Assembly: GCA_964187785.1 (NCBI GenBank)
Contig: OZ076413.1
Coordinates: forward strand, 41,790,001 to 41,854,000
Origin: Amphiscolops sp. MND2022
Taxonomy: Eukaryota
Length of the DNA stretch: 64,000 nucleotides
Direction of reading: 5' to 3'
In this document: piece after piece, positions 12,101 to 24,300 of the stretch
How the letters are laid out: the number at the start of each line of letters is the position of its first letter
Position numbering within the stretch: position 1 is the stretch's first letter
Translations under genes and position numbers: made by a program
Notes under the pieces: model-generated
What the model was told of the DNA's origin: nothing
The model's database searches: none
What the model saw: the letters and a program-made list of their open reading frames with translations, nothing else

Positions 12101-13005
12101 ATGATGTGGCCCTCATGATCCAGCCAGACCAGGTGGAGTTTCTGTGGGAACTGAAACGGAGGTGCGAACAGGAATCTGGTCAACAACAAGCCCTCATCTT
12201 CGCAAATGGGAAGAACAACGTGGAAACACGAATGCCACAGTTGTTGAACCTGGCCTTCGCTGAGCTATTCGGAGACGATCCGAGCGAGGTCAGGTTCAAT
12301 GCCAACTCCATTCGTAAGTTCTGGGAGATGAGTGTTCGGCAGATGGGAGTGGCAGCCAACTTGATGAATGCCCATTCCGCGCAAACTGCCCATAGTTCTA
12401 CCACGGGTGGACTGCATTACGTGGGGCTGGAATTGCAGGACCGAATTGGGATCATCAACATTTACAACCGCGACCTCGACTCCACTCAAGAATCTACTGA
12501 GCAAGTGTGTCCCGAGGAAATCGAGGACATGTCGGACGAGTCGGAAGTCGAAGCTGATGTTCCCGTGCCACAACCTGTCCGTCAACCCCCGACTCGCCCT
12601 CAACCCCGGCCCCGACCTTTGTCTCTAGGCCGCGTCAGTCTTAATTCAACTAGAGATTTGGTGTTCTCCCCAAAACGCCCCCAGCCAAATGTAGATGATG
12701 AAAACGACATTGAAGAAGATCATGCCGAAGAAGATGGAGAACAGGATCAGCCTCCGCCAAAAAAACAGAAAGGTTTCTCCCGTGAGAAGTATCTCAGATC
12801 AATGTCCCGATTTAGAGACACTGAGAAACATATTTGGACGACGGAAGAAATGGAGGCCTGCAAGGCATTTGCCAATGCAAATAACACCATTACTTTCAAT
12901 GATCTGAAATGGCATCTGAAGGATCTCAAAATCAATTTGAGTGACACTACGTGTAAATTCGTATATCAAAAAATTAAATCTGCTTTTCAAGTTGCCGGCT
13001 CATAA
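9117..13005 (+). CDS. Spliced SET (SUV4-20/KMT5B-like)-zinc finger-tyrosine recombinase fusion, about 1250 aa; intron 11509-11651; probable 1-nt frameshift near 9233
   Basis: SET region 10094-10651: DFSMF..LGPASFINHHCKPN..EEIFVHY..YFG..CRCESC. C2H2 finger ECLVC..RHLLSVH near 11024. YR motifs R (NTRSG, 12001), K (HKT), xxR (NSIRK), H (TAHS), Y (LHY, 12418). AG|gtac...tttcag|G joins ORFs 8939..11536 and 11653..13005 in frame. Confidence 0.85.
9296..10065 (+). repeat. Coding tandem repeat: 186-bp (62-aa) units plus shorter P/E/T/V-rich subunits
   Basis: ttaactattcctgaagcacg starts at 9296, 9482 and 9668. Confidence 0.95.
10718..10909 (+). repeat. Coding 48-bp (16-aa TQVPSPESPLASTITT) repeat x4
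   Basis: actcaagtacc at 10718, 10766, 10814 and 10862. Confidence 0.95.
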
Positions 13006-13432
13006 ACTGTATTTTACCTGTTGGTTGTCATCTTAAATTTTTACCATGTTGTTGTCTTAACTGTTGTCATTTCAAACTTTAAAATATCTCAACTGTTTCA
13101 ATTTAATATTTGAAGCTCTCCAATTTTTTAGATTGTCAGCTCGAGACCGATGGCAAACGCATGGTACTAGATGTAATCGAAACTGGATGCAAAATGGAAA
13201 GTGAAACTAGATGTAAACTAAGATGAAAAACCATGATTTTTAAAAAATGGATTAATCTCAGTTGAAACCAGGTTGCACGCAATCTGGTACAAGTTGCACG
13301 CCAAGTTGCCCGACCAATTAATAATAATAATTTTAATAATATTATTAGGGGTGTGCAACTTGCTAGGAATATTAACTACCGACCGTGCAGGATGTCACAA
13401 TATTAATGCTTTTTTGTGCAACTTGTCACAAA

Positions 13433-13436
<4 letters not shown>

Positions 13437-13512
<76 letters not shown>

Positions 13513-13530
13513 GTTATTATTATTATAATA
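13437..13530. repeat. (ATT)n microsatellite
   Basis: About 30 near-perfect ATT units; a shorter degenerate ATT tract lies at 4767-4795. Confidence 0.98.
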
Positions 13531-14334
13531 TTTAACGTTTCTCCAATCACCAATTAATATAGATTGAATCAATAGTAGCCAGAGAGTAGCTGGTGTTGGA
13601 GGGGAACCAGAAAGGCAAGTTCATGCCATCTAAGCTGGATCCCTTAGGTGGGCGCCGTTACTGTTTTTTTTTCGGCGGCGGCGTGAGGTCGAAAATCGAT
13701 CGGCGGCGGCGTGAAAACAATAAGTCCATAACAAAAATTGTTCACGTACTGTGTCTGTGGGGCGTCTAATTTTACAAAAATTTGCTCCTAGATCAAACTT
13801 TAGTAGTAAATACAAGTTGTTGAAAGTGATATTACAATGCTCTAAATTTGTTTGCAAAACTGAAGTGTTTTCACAAATTTAATAATATTTGATCAAGCGT
13901 TTTTGATTTCCTCTAGAATCACTCGGGTTTCGAGCTAATTTATTTTCAGTCCAAATCATTGTTGCAATCAGTGGTCCAATTTATTTATTTATTACAGTAT
14001 GGTATGTGTTCACGCCGGCGTACGCCGACATACATTGGCGTGAACGGCGTGGAGGTCAACCAAGTCGGCGGCGGCGGCGCTGCGGCGTGGCGCTCTGGAT
14101 GTTATTGGTCGTCAAGGGACCAATTCAACGCACTGAACCGCTTTTTCCCCTCCGTATTGGATGTCTTAAATATTTAATTCTTTTGTTTATCTTCATTATG
14201 ACAATCAATCAAACAAACGTTTTTTTTCAATAATGGCTTTTCAGCAATTCAGCAACAATTTAGTATTCCACCGCAGTCTTCTGTTCAATAATTAAGTTCC
14301 GATCAACGAGGTATGAAGAAATGTTTGATGGTAC

Positions 14335-14573
14335 CTTATTTCGTTGTTTCTGCTCAACATGTGTTCAACTTGGGAGAAGAGGTCAAGGTAGTACACCTGT
14401 TTCCTCAGCAGAGCCTGTGCCTTCTCTGGCACCTCCAGGTCCATCTTGATGATCAGGTCAGTCTCCCGGATCAGCGTGAAGATCTCGGGGTCAAAGTTCA
14501 CAAGGATCTCACTCGGACTCTCTTTGTCCCTGACCAGAAGGGTCGACTGAATCCCCGATTGGACGACGTCAAT
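14335..14573 (-). CDS. Axonemal dynein heavy chain (DNAH5/DNAH8-like), internal exon A
   Basis: After acceptor ttag it reads IDVVQSGIQSTLLVRDKESPSEILVNFDPEIFTLIRETDLIIKMDLEVPE..., resembling the DNAH5 N-terminal region (LLVK...VNFDPQILILFRETE). Donor AG|gtac is phase-compatible with exon B. Confidence 0.9.
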
Positions 14574-15337
14574 CTAAGTAAAGAGATTTATGAAGTAGGG
14601 AACGATGATTTGGTTACTTGAACCATTGCAAAATGTTGAGCCTTTGAACTTTTTGGGCCGTCCAATATTTTTTCTTGTTTCTACTGACAGCTTGTCTTTT
14701 GTCTTTTTTATTCAGAGAAAAACCATATAATTTAGTAGAAGAAACTTCTATCCAAGCCTTGTTAAGAAACTGGAAAGTTTAGATGTCACTGAAAACGAGA
14801 TGAAGTATCCTCGTGATTTTAAGTTATAAATAAATTCAATCTCGAAATATTTTTAGAATTGTCTGGCCATGATGAGAAGTAAGCAAGTTTGATTGATGGG
14901 GTAATTTCGTTCAGTTTAATTGATCTGAAATTCGATGCAAGAACATGAAGAATCTCTAACCTTATCATAACTCAAGTTAACCGAGCGGGTCCCTTCGCTA
15001 ATTTACTAGTGAATTAAAGACCAATCTATGCTTGGATGTCTTCCTATTATTAATGTAATATTATACTGTTGCGATTACATAATATAAAGTGATGGGTAAT
15101 TATGAATTTCGGTTTCTCTAAATTTATACAGATAAGATCTTAGAAAGTAGTTTACTCGGACGATCGTACAATGAAGTTAGCTAAACTGCAGCATCACTTG
15201 GAATCTACAGCGTAAAAATTAAAGTTGAGAATTTCAGCTTGAGATTTTGATTTATATTATAATCCTTATTTCTCGTTTTTTTTTTTATAAAATTCTGATT
15301 CGGAAAAACCGAGAATTTATTTTGGGGAAACAAGACA

Positions 15338-17634
15338 ATGGATAAGATGGAGTCAGTTTCCCTGTTGACCCCCAGACTAAAAACATGGGGCTCTCGGCTG
15401 CTGCTGAGTGACAGGAAAGATATATGGTGCTACGTTTCGGTCTTCTCACCCTTCGTGACGTCACTTAGCGTGTCCCGCAGGCACAAATTCCAACTCGGCC
15501 AATTTTAAATTTTTCCCACATCAGCGAGGTGAAATAACGTCTAAGGAATAACGCTTAAAGCCAAGTCATTCTCAGTCATGCTCATTCTCAATATCGATAA
15601 ACTGAACTTTAGATGTTGCTCCTTTAGACATTACTCCCGAAACACTTCTCCTTAGACGTTTTTCACGATTCTATAATAGATTCTTACCAGTGATACTTAT
15701 TCGATGATTACCAGAACAGGAATTTTGAAAGTATCCACTTTTTTCTTTTCAAAAAAATTGTGCTCGAAACTTGTCTTTTAATTACTCGCTGTGCGAAAGA
15801 CTAAAGATTCGAGAATGAAAGTTAAACATAGATTACAAAATGCAACTGCAAAAATTTCCAACTGAAAAATAGGAATTTCATCATTACAATTTTTATAAAT
15901 GGAGTCTGTGCCCCCAGAGTTCAATCTTCAGGCATTGGCATCATTGCGACTATTTTATTTTTCCTATTTTTGCTAAGTTTCCTCTGCTTCATTTATCTCC
16001 TGGAAACACCAAGGTCCGAAGAAGTTGAACAGATGGAGACTTTGAAAATGAATAATACAGATTCGAAGTTGCCAAACGATCCTGAAGTTGACTGGGACCC
16101 TTTCACTGATGAAAGTTACAACATGGCTAAATTTTTGATACGTTTGGAACAGGAAATCGAACACATGGATTTCAGGGAACTCCTTTCCTTCCACCATCTG
16201 AGCAAGCCACTAATCTCAGATCCTTGAACTGTGAAAAACTACACGTCCAATTATTTACAGTGGAGCCGGAAGCATTTTCTACATTTCAACGTCATAAACG
16301 TTTTCCAAAAAATGTTCAAAAATACCCTTTTTCGAATGAAAATTTTTGCCACAAATTATTGGTTTTATAGGCGCTCATGAAGTAGTTCATTTTCGAACGT
16401 TGATTCATTCGTCAAATTTCAATCATTCAATATAAATTTTGACAGCTTCAACGGCTCATTAATAGTCCCTTCTTTTGTTGAATTAACAGATAATAGCTCA
16501 AAAATTCAAGTTGTTTAAATTCAAGTTGGAAGATTCACTTCTGGGAGGGAACTCGCGTTAATTCGGGAGCGGCTCACTAAGCAGACGGTTCACTAAGCCG
16601 ACCAAATAAATTCATTCTCAGCGCGTGATTAAATTCATTCTCAACGCGCGATTAAATTCATTCTCAAATTTGATTGGACAAATACACATTCCAAATAGTA
16701 ATACATGTAAACAAAATAGCGTCAATCGAATATTACGATAACGTAGTCAGCTATGGTCACATACCTCTAGTGCCCTAAATGCAGGAGCGAAGCGAAGCGG
16801 AGCGACGTGCCATATGGTCATGCCTCAATGTTGCTACTTGGCGAAGGGAGCGAAGCGACCGAGCCATACAACAGATATGCTAAACTCTCTAAGGAAATGA
16901 ATTTATTTATTAACCTGTTTTGGTCGGCTTAGTGAACCGTCGGCTTAGTGAACCCCCCCCCCCCCCGTTAATTCATTGTAATCCGAAATTCAAAGCGGAA
17001 TTGTTTTAAATAATCTTTTGCAATTATAGAAATTAAATTGAGATTTTGTGAAAACCAAAGTGCAAAGCTAAACCGATTCATCAAAAATTGTGAATACCTT
17101 ACATGTTGACATCAAGTTCAACATTTCCCTCACAATTTTGTGTCACGTTTTTAATTTTGGTGCAATTACGTTATGCAAATTGAGTTTCATTCTCCGAGGT
17201 CAAAATTAATTGAGTTTGGGAAATTTTGGGACACAACCTATTTTGTGAAACAAAACATACAGTAATGGTTAACTTTTCACCGTGAAGGGAAAAGTAAGAA
17301 AAAATAAAATGATCCCTCAATTCCTAAAAACCGATGTTTCAAAACACTGATGAAGGAAATGGGAACCTATGGCAACTGCAGAGATTCCATTCTTGTAATT
17401 CTGGGAATTCTCAGCGGAGTGTTCCTCGTACTGTTTCTGATTTTAAACTGCCGACTGAGGACAAATGTAAGGGAATCGCTGGGAATCGACGGGTGCGAAG
17501 GACTGGACATGGTTGTGACATGTTTTTGTTTGCCATGCAGCTTGTGCCAGATGAAACAAGAATTAGAAATGCGTAGCATGGATTCAAGCTCACGTTGCGA
17601 TTCCAAATTTGGAGAAACTTACAATATTTTTTAA
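15338..17634 (+). CDS. PLAC8/cornifelin-like gene 1 (exon structure uncertain, possibly degenerate)
   Basis: 5' part MDKMESVSLLTPRLKTWGSRL..WCYVSVFSPFVTSLSVSR; hydrophobic exon from 15932; last part LRTNVRESLGIDG..DMVVTCFCLPCSLCQMKQELE is a PLAC8 C-terminal signature. Confidence 0.65.
16565..16966. mobile_element. Merlin-like MITE (family A)
   Basis: GG..CC ends, repeated ggttcactaagccgac units in inverted orientation, 8-bp TSD gttaattc. Confidence 0.75.
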
Positions 17635-17790
17635 CAGAAAACTTTATTTTTGTTGTGCTTACAATGGAAAAGAATAATATATCATTGAAAGTTTAGTTTT
17701 AGTATTTTGGTTCATGTGTTTATGACATTATGGCTAAAGGAGCATCTTGTAACCATTTTTTGAAATAAAACTTGGTAGATTAAGTGTTTT

Positions 17791-18375
17791 TGATCGGCGT
17801 TTTCGAAGAAAATGCAAGACTCTTACAGTGTCTCGTTTTTTTTCCTCAGTTCAACGCGATCGGTCAACTTTTTTTGTTCATTTGTTCAACTTCTTGGCCT
17901 ACTAATTTTCTGGGGTCTGAGAAGCAAGAGAACGTGGGTTCGAGTCTCGCACTAAACCATAAAAATTTTCTTATGCTTCCAAAAGTAGAGGCGAGACCAA
18001 AAGGTCCCCCCTTTGGGTTTTTTTCGGCACTGTGCGACTTTTTCGGAAATTTGTAAAATTCTTTCAAAGGGCACCCCTTGAATATTTTTGAAGCTTTCGG
18101 TTTGTATAAAACGTTTTATGAGCCTAAAGGGTGTCTCTCTCTCTTTGAGTTTTTCGGCAATATAAGATTTTTCACCAAATACTTCCAAAGGCAAATTAGT
18201 TTTTTCTGAAGTTTCCAGTTCAGAAAAAAAGAAAAAAAACTGTTTTCGAGTTTCGGGTGAAACTCTTCAGGGTATTTTTCGGCACTGTGTGATAACTGAA
18301 AAATTTCACAATAGTTGTTCCTTGAATATTTTCGAGCCTTAGATATACGCCGACTTAGGCCGTTCCTGGCTTGTT
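17791..18375 (+). mobile_element. Helentron/DINE-1-like element
   Basis: 5' tcggcg; internal aaagggtcccc and ttcggcactgtg motifs; 3' cgccgact, stem-loop, cttgtt. Confidence 0.7.
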
Positions 18376-18634
18376 TACATCAAGGATACGATTTTTTACA
18401 CCAAATTGGGATATGGCAAAGTTGTTATAGATTACGCTATCAGTCTGCGTCAATGAAAAGCTTGCAAAAAGTAGCCCTTCTAAATTCTTTTAACTTCCGG
18501 ATTTTACATTGTCAACAATTTTGTTCTCGTAATCATGAAAAGCTATGAATAGTCCTTGAATGGAAATAAGGCTAAATACTTTTGCATATTTTAATTCCAA
18601 GAATAGTAAATACTAGTTCGTTTATTAGATTACC

Positions 18635-19435
18635 AAAAATTTCGTCGTCAGCAATTTCGTCGTCAGCAATTTCGTCGCCAGAAATTTCGTCACCAGAAAT
18701 TTCGTCGTCGGTAATTAGGTTCTCTAAACGTCACATTGTATCTGATGTATTAGGAATCGTCTCTTGTTATTAAGTCTTCATAATTATCGAGTCTTGATAA
18801 TTATCTTCATAATTATCGTTAATTGTGCAATTTTTGCTACCATTGACTACTTAGAACTACCAATAGTGATGGTTTTGAGAAAAAACGTTTCGGACCATGT
18901 TTCTCACGGCCCCCAGATACACTTTGTTTCTTATCCCCCAACACGAAGTTGCACTTGATTGCACTTAAAAGCCCCAATTTTAATGCAAATTTTCTCTGCT
19001 GTAATATAGAATTAGCAACAAAAAAGAGAGCTCCATTGACAAAAAATTGACAAAAAATGAAACAAAATCAGCGCTTTGTTTACAAATATTACGATTTTGA
19101 AAAATCAAATCTTTCAAAGGCTTTTTCGCTGGGGTGAAATGAAAGCACATCAGTAAAATAGTTCAAGACTGAAAATATTCCGTTGCGCAATAAGCGTCTT
19201 GATGAGTTGATTGAATGCAATTAACTTTTTGACCCAATTTTGGCGTCAGATTGAAACTTGTTCTTAAGATCTCCTTTTAATATTTAAATAATTGAATAAT
19301 TCAAATGATATCTTTTCGTGAACGCTGTTAATTCAAATCAACACGACGAAAGTTCCAACGACGATATTTCTGACGAGGAAATTTCTGAATTTGCTAATAC
19401 GACAAAATTTCCTACGACGAAATTTCCGCCTCCCC
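18635..19435. mobile_element. MITE-like element with inverted 15-bp subterminal repeats
   Basis: (aatttcgtcgtcagc/a) x5 on the left, acgacgaaattt copies on the right. Confidence 0.6.
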
Positions 19436-19450
19436 GTCTTTTATACCCTA

Positions 19451-20092
19451 TTCAGTCGGCGCTTGCGATATAAAAGCCAACTATGACAGATTTAATTAAC
19501 AACTAATTAACATAGTAACTTCTAAGTGCCACTTGGCCCAGGGGTTAACCAGGGTTTTCTGAGCTATGAGAAGCAGGAGAAGCATTTTTGGTTTTTATGA
19601 GGTTTTCTGAGAAAAAAAAATCATTTTTTAGTCCTAAAGATAACGTCTTTGATTATTTTTTAGTCCTGTGGAATTAATGAGAGTTTTCTCAACACTTGTG
19701 GAAAAACCAATTTCATGTGACTTTTTCGGCACTGTTTTTTGAAAAAAAATGCATTAGTCAAATGGTACCCCCTTCACTTTTTAAAAGTTTTTGGCTCGGA
19801 AAAACGTTTTCCGAACTTAGAGGGCTCCCTTTTTTTCGGCGTGAAAAAAGCGTTTCGCCTGCTCAAAGCTCTTTTCCGGCACTGAGATTTTTTCCGAAGA
19901 AAATATTTTTCGTGTAAATTTTCATTTTCAAATTTTTTGATGTTTCGAGTTGGGAAAAAGCTGTTTTCGAATCTTCTGCGCATTCCTTCAGGTGTTTTCC
20001 AGCACTGTAAATTTGATGATGAATTTCTGCATATTCAAAAAACTTGGTTAAACCTTGAGCGGGGCGCTGACTTGGGCCGTGCCCGTCTTGTT
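19451..20092 (+). mobile_element. Helentron/DINE-1-like element
   Basis: agtcggcgc ... gcgctgacttgggccgtgcccgtcttgtt. Confidence 0.7.
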
Positions 20093-21308
20093 CATATACG
20101 GAATTCAAAATTAGCTGAATATTATCCTAGTTGAATAATCTTCCTGAAAAACGCAAGAAAAAACCATTTTCCAAATAAATATTCATGAGTTTTTCATTCT
20201 GGAACTGTGTATTGACTAATTACTTCTTTAAGAAATTAATATTTTGTTGGCAGATATGTCAAAGTTAACCATTTAAGTCGTATTCAATTGGAAATTATTA
20301 GGTGTGAAAATGTTCAACAAGGCATTACCAGTGAACTATAATTTGTTTGAACACCTTCAACTAGATTTAATTAGAGGCGACCAAGTCAGCTTAAAAATTA
20401 GCGAGCCGTTTTGTATTGTGGCGCTTATGACTGTATAAAATGAGCGCTTTTGACTGGGGCACTTTTGTCTGTGCACGATTTCAGTACCTTGATACGTTGG
20501 GCGCAGCTTGCACATCGTTTCGGGCAAATACCGCCAGAAAGAACACTCTGTTTGAATTCGCTCATCTTTTGATTGAATTAACGAAGATTTTTTATTTTGG
20601 ATTTCATTAACTCTGTTTGCCGTGATTAAACACACAAAGGTCATTTTGTGTCATTTTCCAAGTTTTGTTACTCTCGTTTGTAGAGAACATAGTCAACTTT
20701 AGTTACTAGCGATTGAACATTCTTGTTTATATATTATAGTATTCATAACATTATGAAGTGTTCAATTGAAATTAGCTTTTACTGTTAGGAATTTTAAATC
20801 CTAGAAACATGAGACATCCTAAAAGGCCTCATGACATATTGACAGGCCGACACCATATTTTGGTATAGATTCGTGCTGTTCCTAGGGTTTAGAAAATAAT
20901 TCAAACCTGCAAGGATTATTGTTCAATCAAATTACACAGAAGGTGACCATATAAAACATGGAATTAATTTCACGAATTTGTCATTTGCGACCTTGAAGAG
21001 TTTATTTTCATGACGCGTAGAGTACATTTTTTGAAGTTTGTCTCCAAGATTGTTCACAAGAATCTATTTTAAGATGATAAAGTGTCATTCATTTTGCTCA
21101 GAAACACCTGGGAAAACTTCCATTTACCACTAAATCTCTTCTAAATACTTCTGCAAAAATTTATATATTTTTGAAAATCTTTTCATTCACACGCAGTTTT
21201 ACCTATGTGAACACTTCTAGGGTCACGATATTTACTAGATAACTGCTGGTCATTGAAATATTATCCGAACATCAGAACACAAACAACAACAACAAAAGCA
21301 AAAACAAC

Positions 21309-24300
21309 ATGAAAGACCCGACTCCGCCCCCGTTTGCTTTCTACAGTCAAAAACGGTGGACCTACAAACTGTGGGGGTGCTGTGACAGACTGGTACCCGC
21401 CCTCTTGACCTGTCTTTTCCCCTGGGTCACCTCGTTCAGAGTGGCGCGCATGTCTCTCAGCAGCTGCTTCGGGGTCATGATCTGTGTGTTGTGGTTCTGC
21501 TTTATTGCCTCAGGTAACTTTTTTAGAGATGGAAGCATAAAACCCAAATGACAAACGATTGAAGGCTACATTTCGTAACTCGTTAGGTCATATCAGGGAA
21601 GAACAAATGCTGACTTTAAAATTTGCAGTAAAAGAACGGAAATGTTGCTTAAAAAACGAGTAAGAACGGAATTTTGGATCCCATATGTTTTTGAACTCGA
21701 TGGGTCAGCGGCTGATGCCTTCTACTGTTCTGAAAAGTTAACAGAGGACAAGCATCTTATTTAGGTGCGTTGCCTTTTTCTGTCAAGTCAATAATGCTTT
21801 TAAGCTCTGCTTTGTTTGGCCAACTTTAGGTCACGCATAAAGAAATGCAGAAGCGATATTGGAACAATAGAACAATCGAACAAAAATTGTTAGCGCAGTT
21901 GCACTTCCATTTTGATATTTCCGTTATTTTGTACTCGACAGTTATTTTGTACTTTGTTGAAGACAAACACTTTTCGCACAGAAGATCGACCAGCGACAAA
22001 AAATACAACAAAAATGTCCAACTGACGTTTTTTTTTCGAAAACGTATCCAAGAAAAAAGTATGCCTTTGAGGCATTGATGTCTAATAAATCAAAGTTTTC
22101 GAACTGAAACACGTGAAATACTTGTCGCTAGTTTTATTATTGTTTATTAATGTTGTCAGAAGGCCTACAATGGTTTCCATTACTATTGTTAGCAATGGGA
22201 ACGAAACACCAGAAAACAAACTAGACGCCCATTGACCAGCAGGATATTTTCCGTCCAAACTGTTCTAGCAACGACATTTTTGACGCTGAAGAGTAGCCTT
22301 TGCACAATGAAAACGCATAGAAGTTTGATGAAAAAAGTTTTGAAGATTTTTGAAAAATATCATCCCGTTTCAGAAGGAAACACTTCAAGAACACACTAAA
22401 CACCTATGTGTTTTTATGTCGGCTTGTGTGAAGACCAAAACCTAACCAATCATTTTTTTATGAAATTGCACAAAAAATCACTAAAAACGTCAAAATTGTT
22501 TAAAAAGTACTCTGATTTTTTGACAACTCCGCGGACATTCGAGGCTCTTTTCAAAGAAAATGTAGATTTCATTTCAAAAACGCCTTTTGGATACCGGTTC
22601 AGTCGTTGTTGAATTATGAAATTGCTCAAAAGCTTTACAAAAAAGTGTATAATTGTTTCAAAAACAAGAAAATTTTGGTGTTTTTTGATTATTGAACTCG
22701 CCAAAAACATCAATTTTTTTTTCGACAACTTCGCGTCACTTGAGGAACTTTTCTAAGAACCTGCAGATGTCTTTTTAAAAATTCCTATTGTATACCGGGT
22801 CCAGTCGTTGTTGAAGTACAAAATTGCTCGAATACCGCATGAGACTAATTTTACGTCAGTTGAGTTCCTTGGGTGAAATCCTATAGCTTGGATATAATTT
22901 TGGTGCTTGGTAAATTTTGTAGAAAAAAACGTTTTATTTATATATTTTCCTTTTCGATATTATATATTGACAGAAAATAACAATATGTGTTTGAACGTTA
23001 CCATAAAAAAGGCATTGGGCATTACTCTAAGGCCTAATGGAGCGTCAAAAGTGGCCATTCAGTTCTTTTTTATTGTGATCTGAAAACAAATCAAGAAATG
23101 GACCTCATCAAAATAGCTAACCGGGAACAGCATAAGTCGGCGCCCAGCTCAAGGTTCAAAACGTTTTAAATACTTGAAATCCTTTGATATGAGTTTTTGA
23201 AAAAAACCCTCAAAATCTCACAGTGACCAGAAGTTTTCGACGGGTAGATTTGTCGGGCCTAAAACGTTTTCTGTTTACCTGGAAATATTAACAAACGAAG
23301 CGAGATGGCAACCCTCTGGACAAACAAATGGTGTTTTTTTCCGTTCTGGAAATCCAGAAATTCAAAGTATCTTTTTGTTATTTTCCGCCCCCTCAACATT
23401 TGTGAATGGGGGAGGACAATCATAATCTGTGTTGCGTTTTTTAAAACCAATTCTGCCAAATCTCCACGATCTCCGTCCACTTCAGTTAGTACCTAATTTA
23501 GTTACTTTGGCTCAGTTGGTAGTGCGTCTGTCTTGCAGAAACGAGGCCGTGGGTTCGAACCCGTGCTGATGCGTTACAATTTTAGCGGAAAATATCCTGG
23601 TGCTTAGCTGGCGTCTTGTTAAAGAAAAACAATACTTGTATACTTGTCAAAAATTCCACAGGGCCAAAAACACAGACAGTCTAGTCAGCCAAATGAAAGT
23701 GTCAAAAAATGAAAATGCGGCTCCTTTCAAACCACTTTAGTTCTATTCAGCTCTTCGGCAGAAACTAGGTCTTTTATGGTCGACCAGATTGGGAAATATC
23801 GCTGAAACCCTGTTAATCAACTGTGTTTTCCTTTGAAAAACGCAATTTAAAATTAATCTAAAAAGTCTGTCGCAAGTTTGTTCCAAGCTTTCAACCTTGA
23901 TTTCAAATTGATTTTTAATTTTATTTATTTTTGCTGTAACTTAATTGTAAAATACAGACCAATCTAACTGAAACTTAGAAAGTGTCACCACTGTGAGTTT
24001 ATTTTGGCACTGCGTGACTTTTTGGAAGAAAACCTTATCGTCCAGTTGTCAAAAAAGTCACAATTGTATTCGAAGAGCCTCCCGAGGTGGTAAAGGGTCC
24101 TCCATTTCGTTTGTTTGCACTGTATTTAACTGTGGCATGGAGCTTAGAGGTCATCATATACATGACGTAATAATGAACTCTATTCTTACTATTATGTAAA
24201 GTACCTGCCTATACTGTGAGTGCCGATGTTATATCATTCATACTTACCAAAAGGCCATAATACAGTATTTCATTCCAACTCTTTATTCTTACTTTACAAG

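Larger units (their letters stand above)
4796..13436 (+). mobile_element. Tyrosine-recombinase (Crypton-like) DNA element with SET and JmjC cargo, in a dynein intron
   Basis: (ATT)n on both flanks; AATATT-N4-CAAGTT(G/C)CAC at 4796 and 4829, inverted copies at 13353, 13385 and 13416; internal YR ORF; no reverse transcriptase or gag seen. Boundaries approximate. Confidence 0.8.

Noticed and set aside
4796..13436. DIRS/Ngaro retrotransposon or prophage integrase
   Set aside because: No RT/RNase H, gag or phage genes; spliceosomal introns and eukaryotic chromatin domains are present.
13273..13557. Poly-Ile membrane protein ORF
   Set aside because: Translation of the (ATT)n microsatellite.
13640..14100. 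GC-rich cggcggcg segment as a defined transposon
   Set aside because: Probably MITE-derived, but I could not fix matching TIRs or a TSD.
23503..23575. Functional tRNA gene
   Set aside because: A and B boxes are present but the stems do not pair; it is embedded in a repeat.
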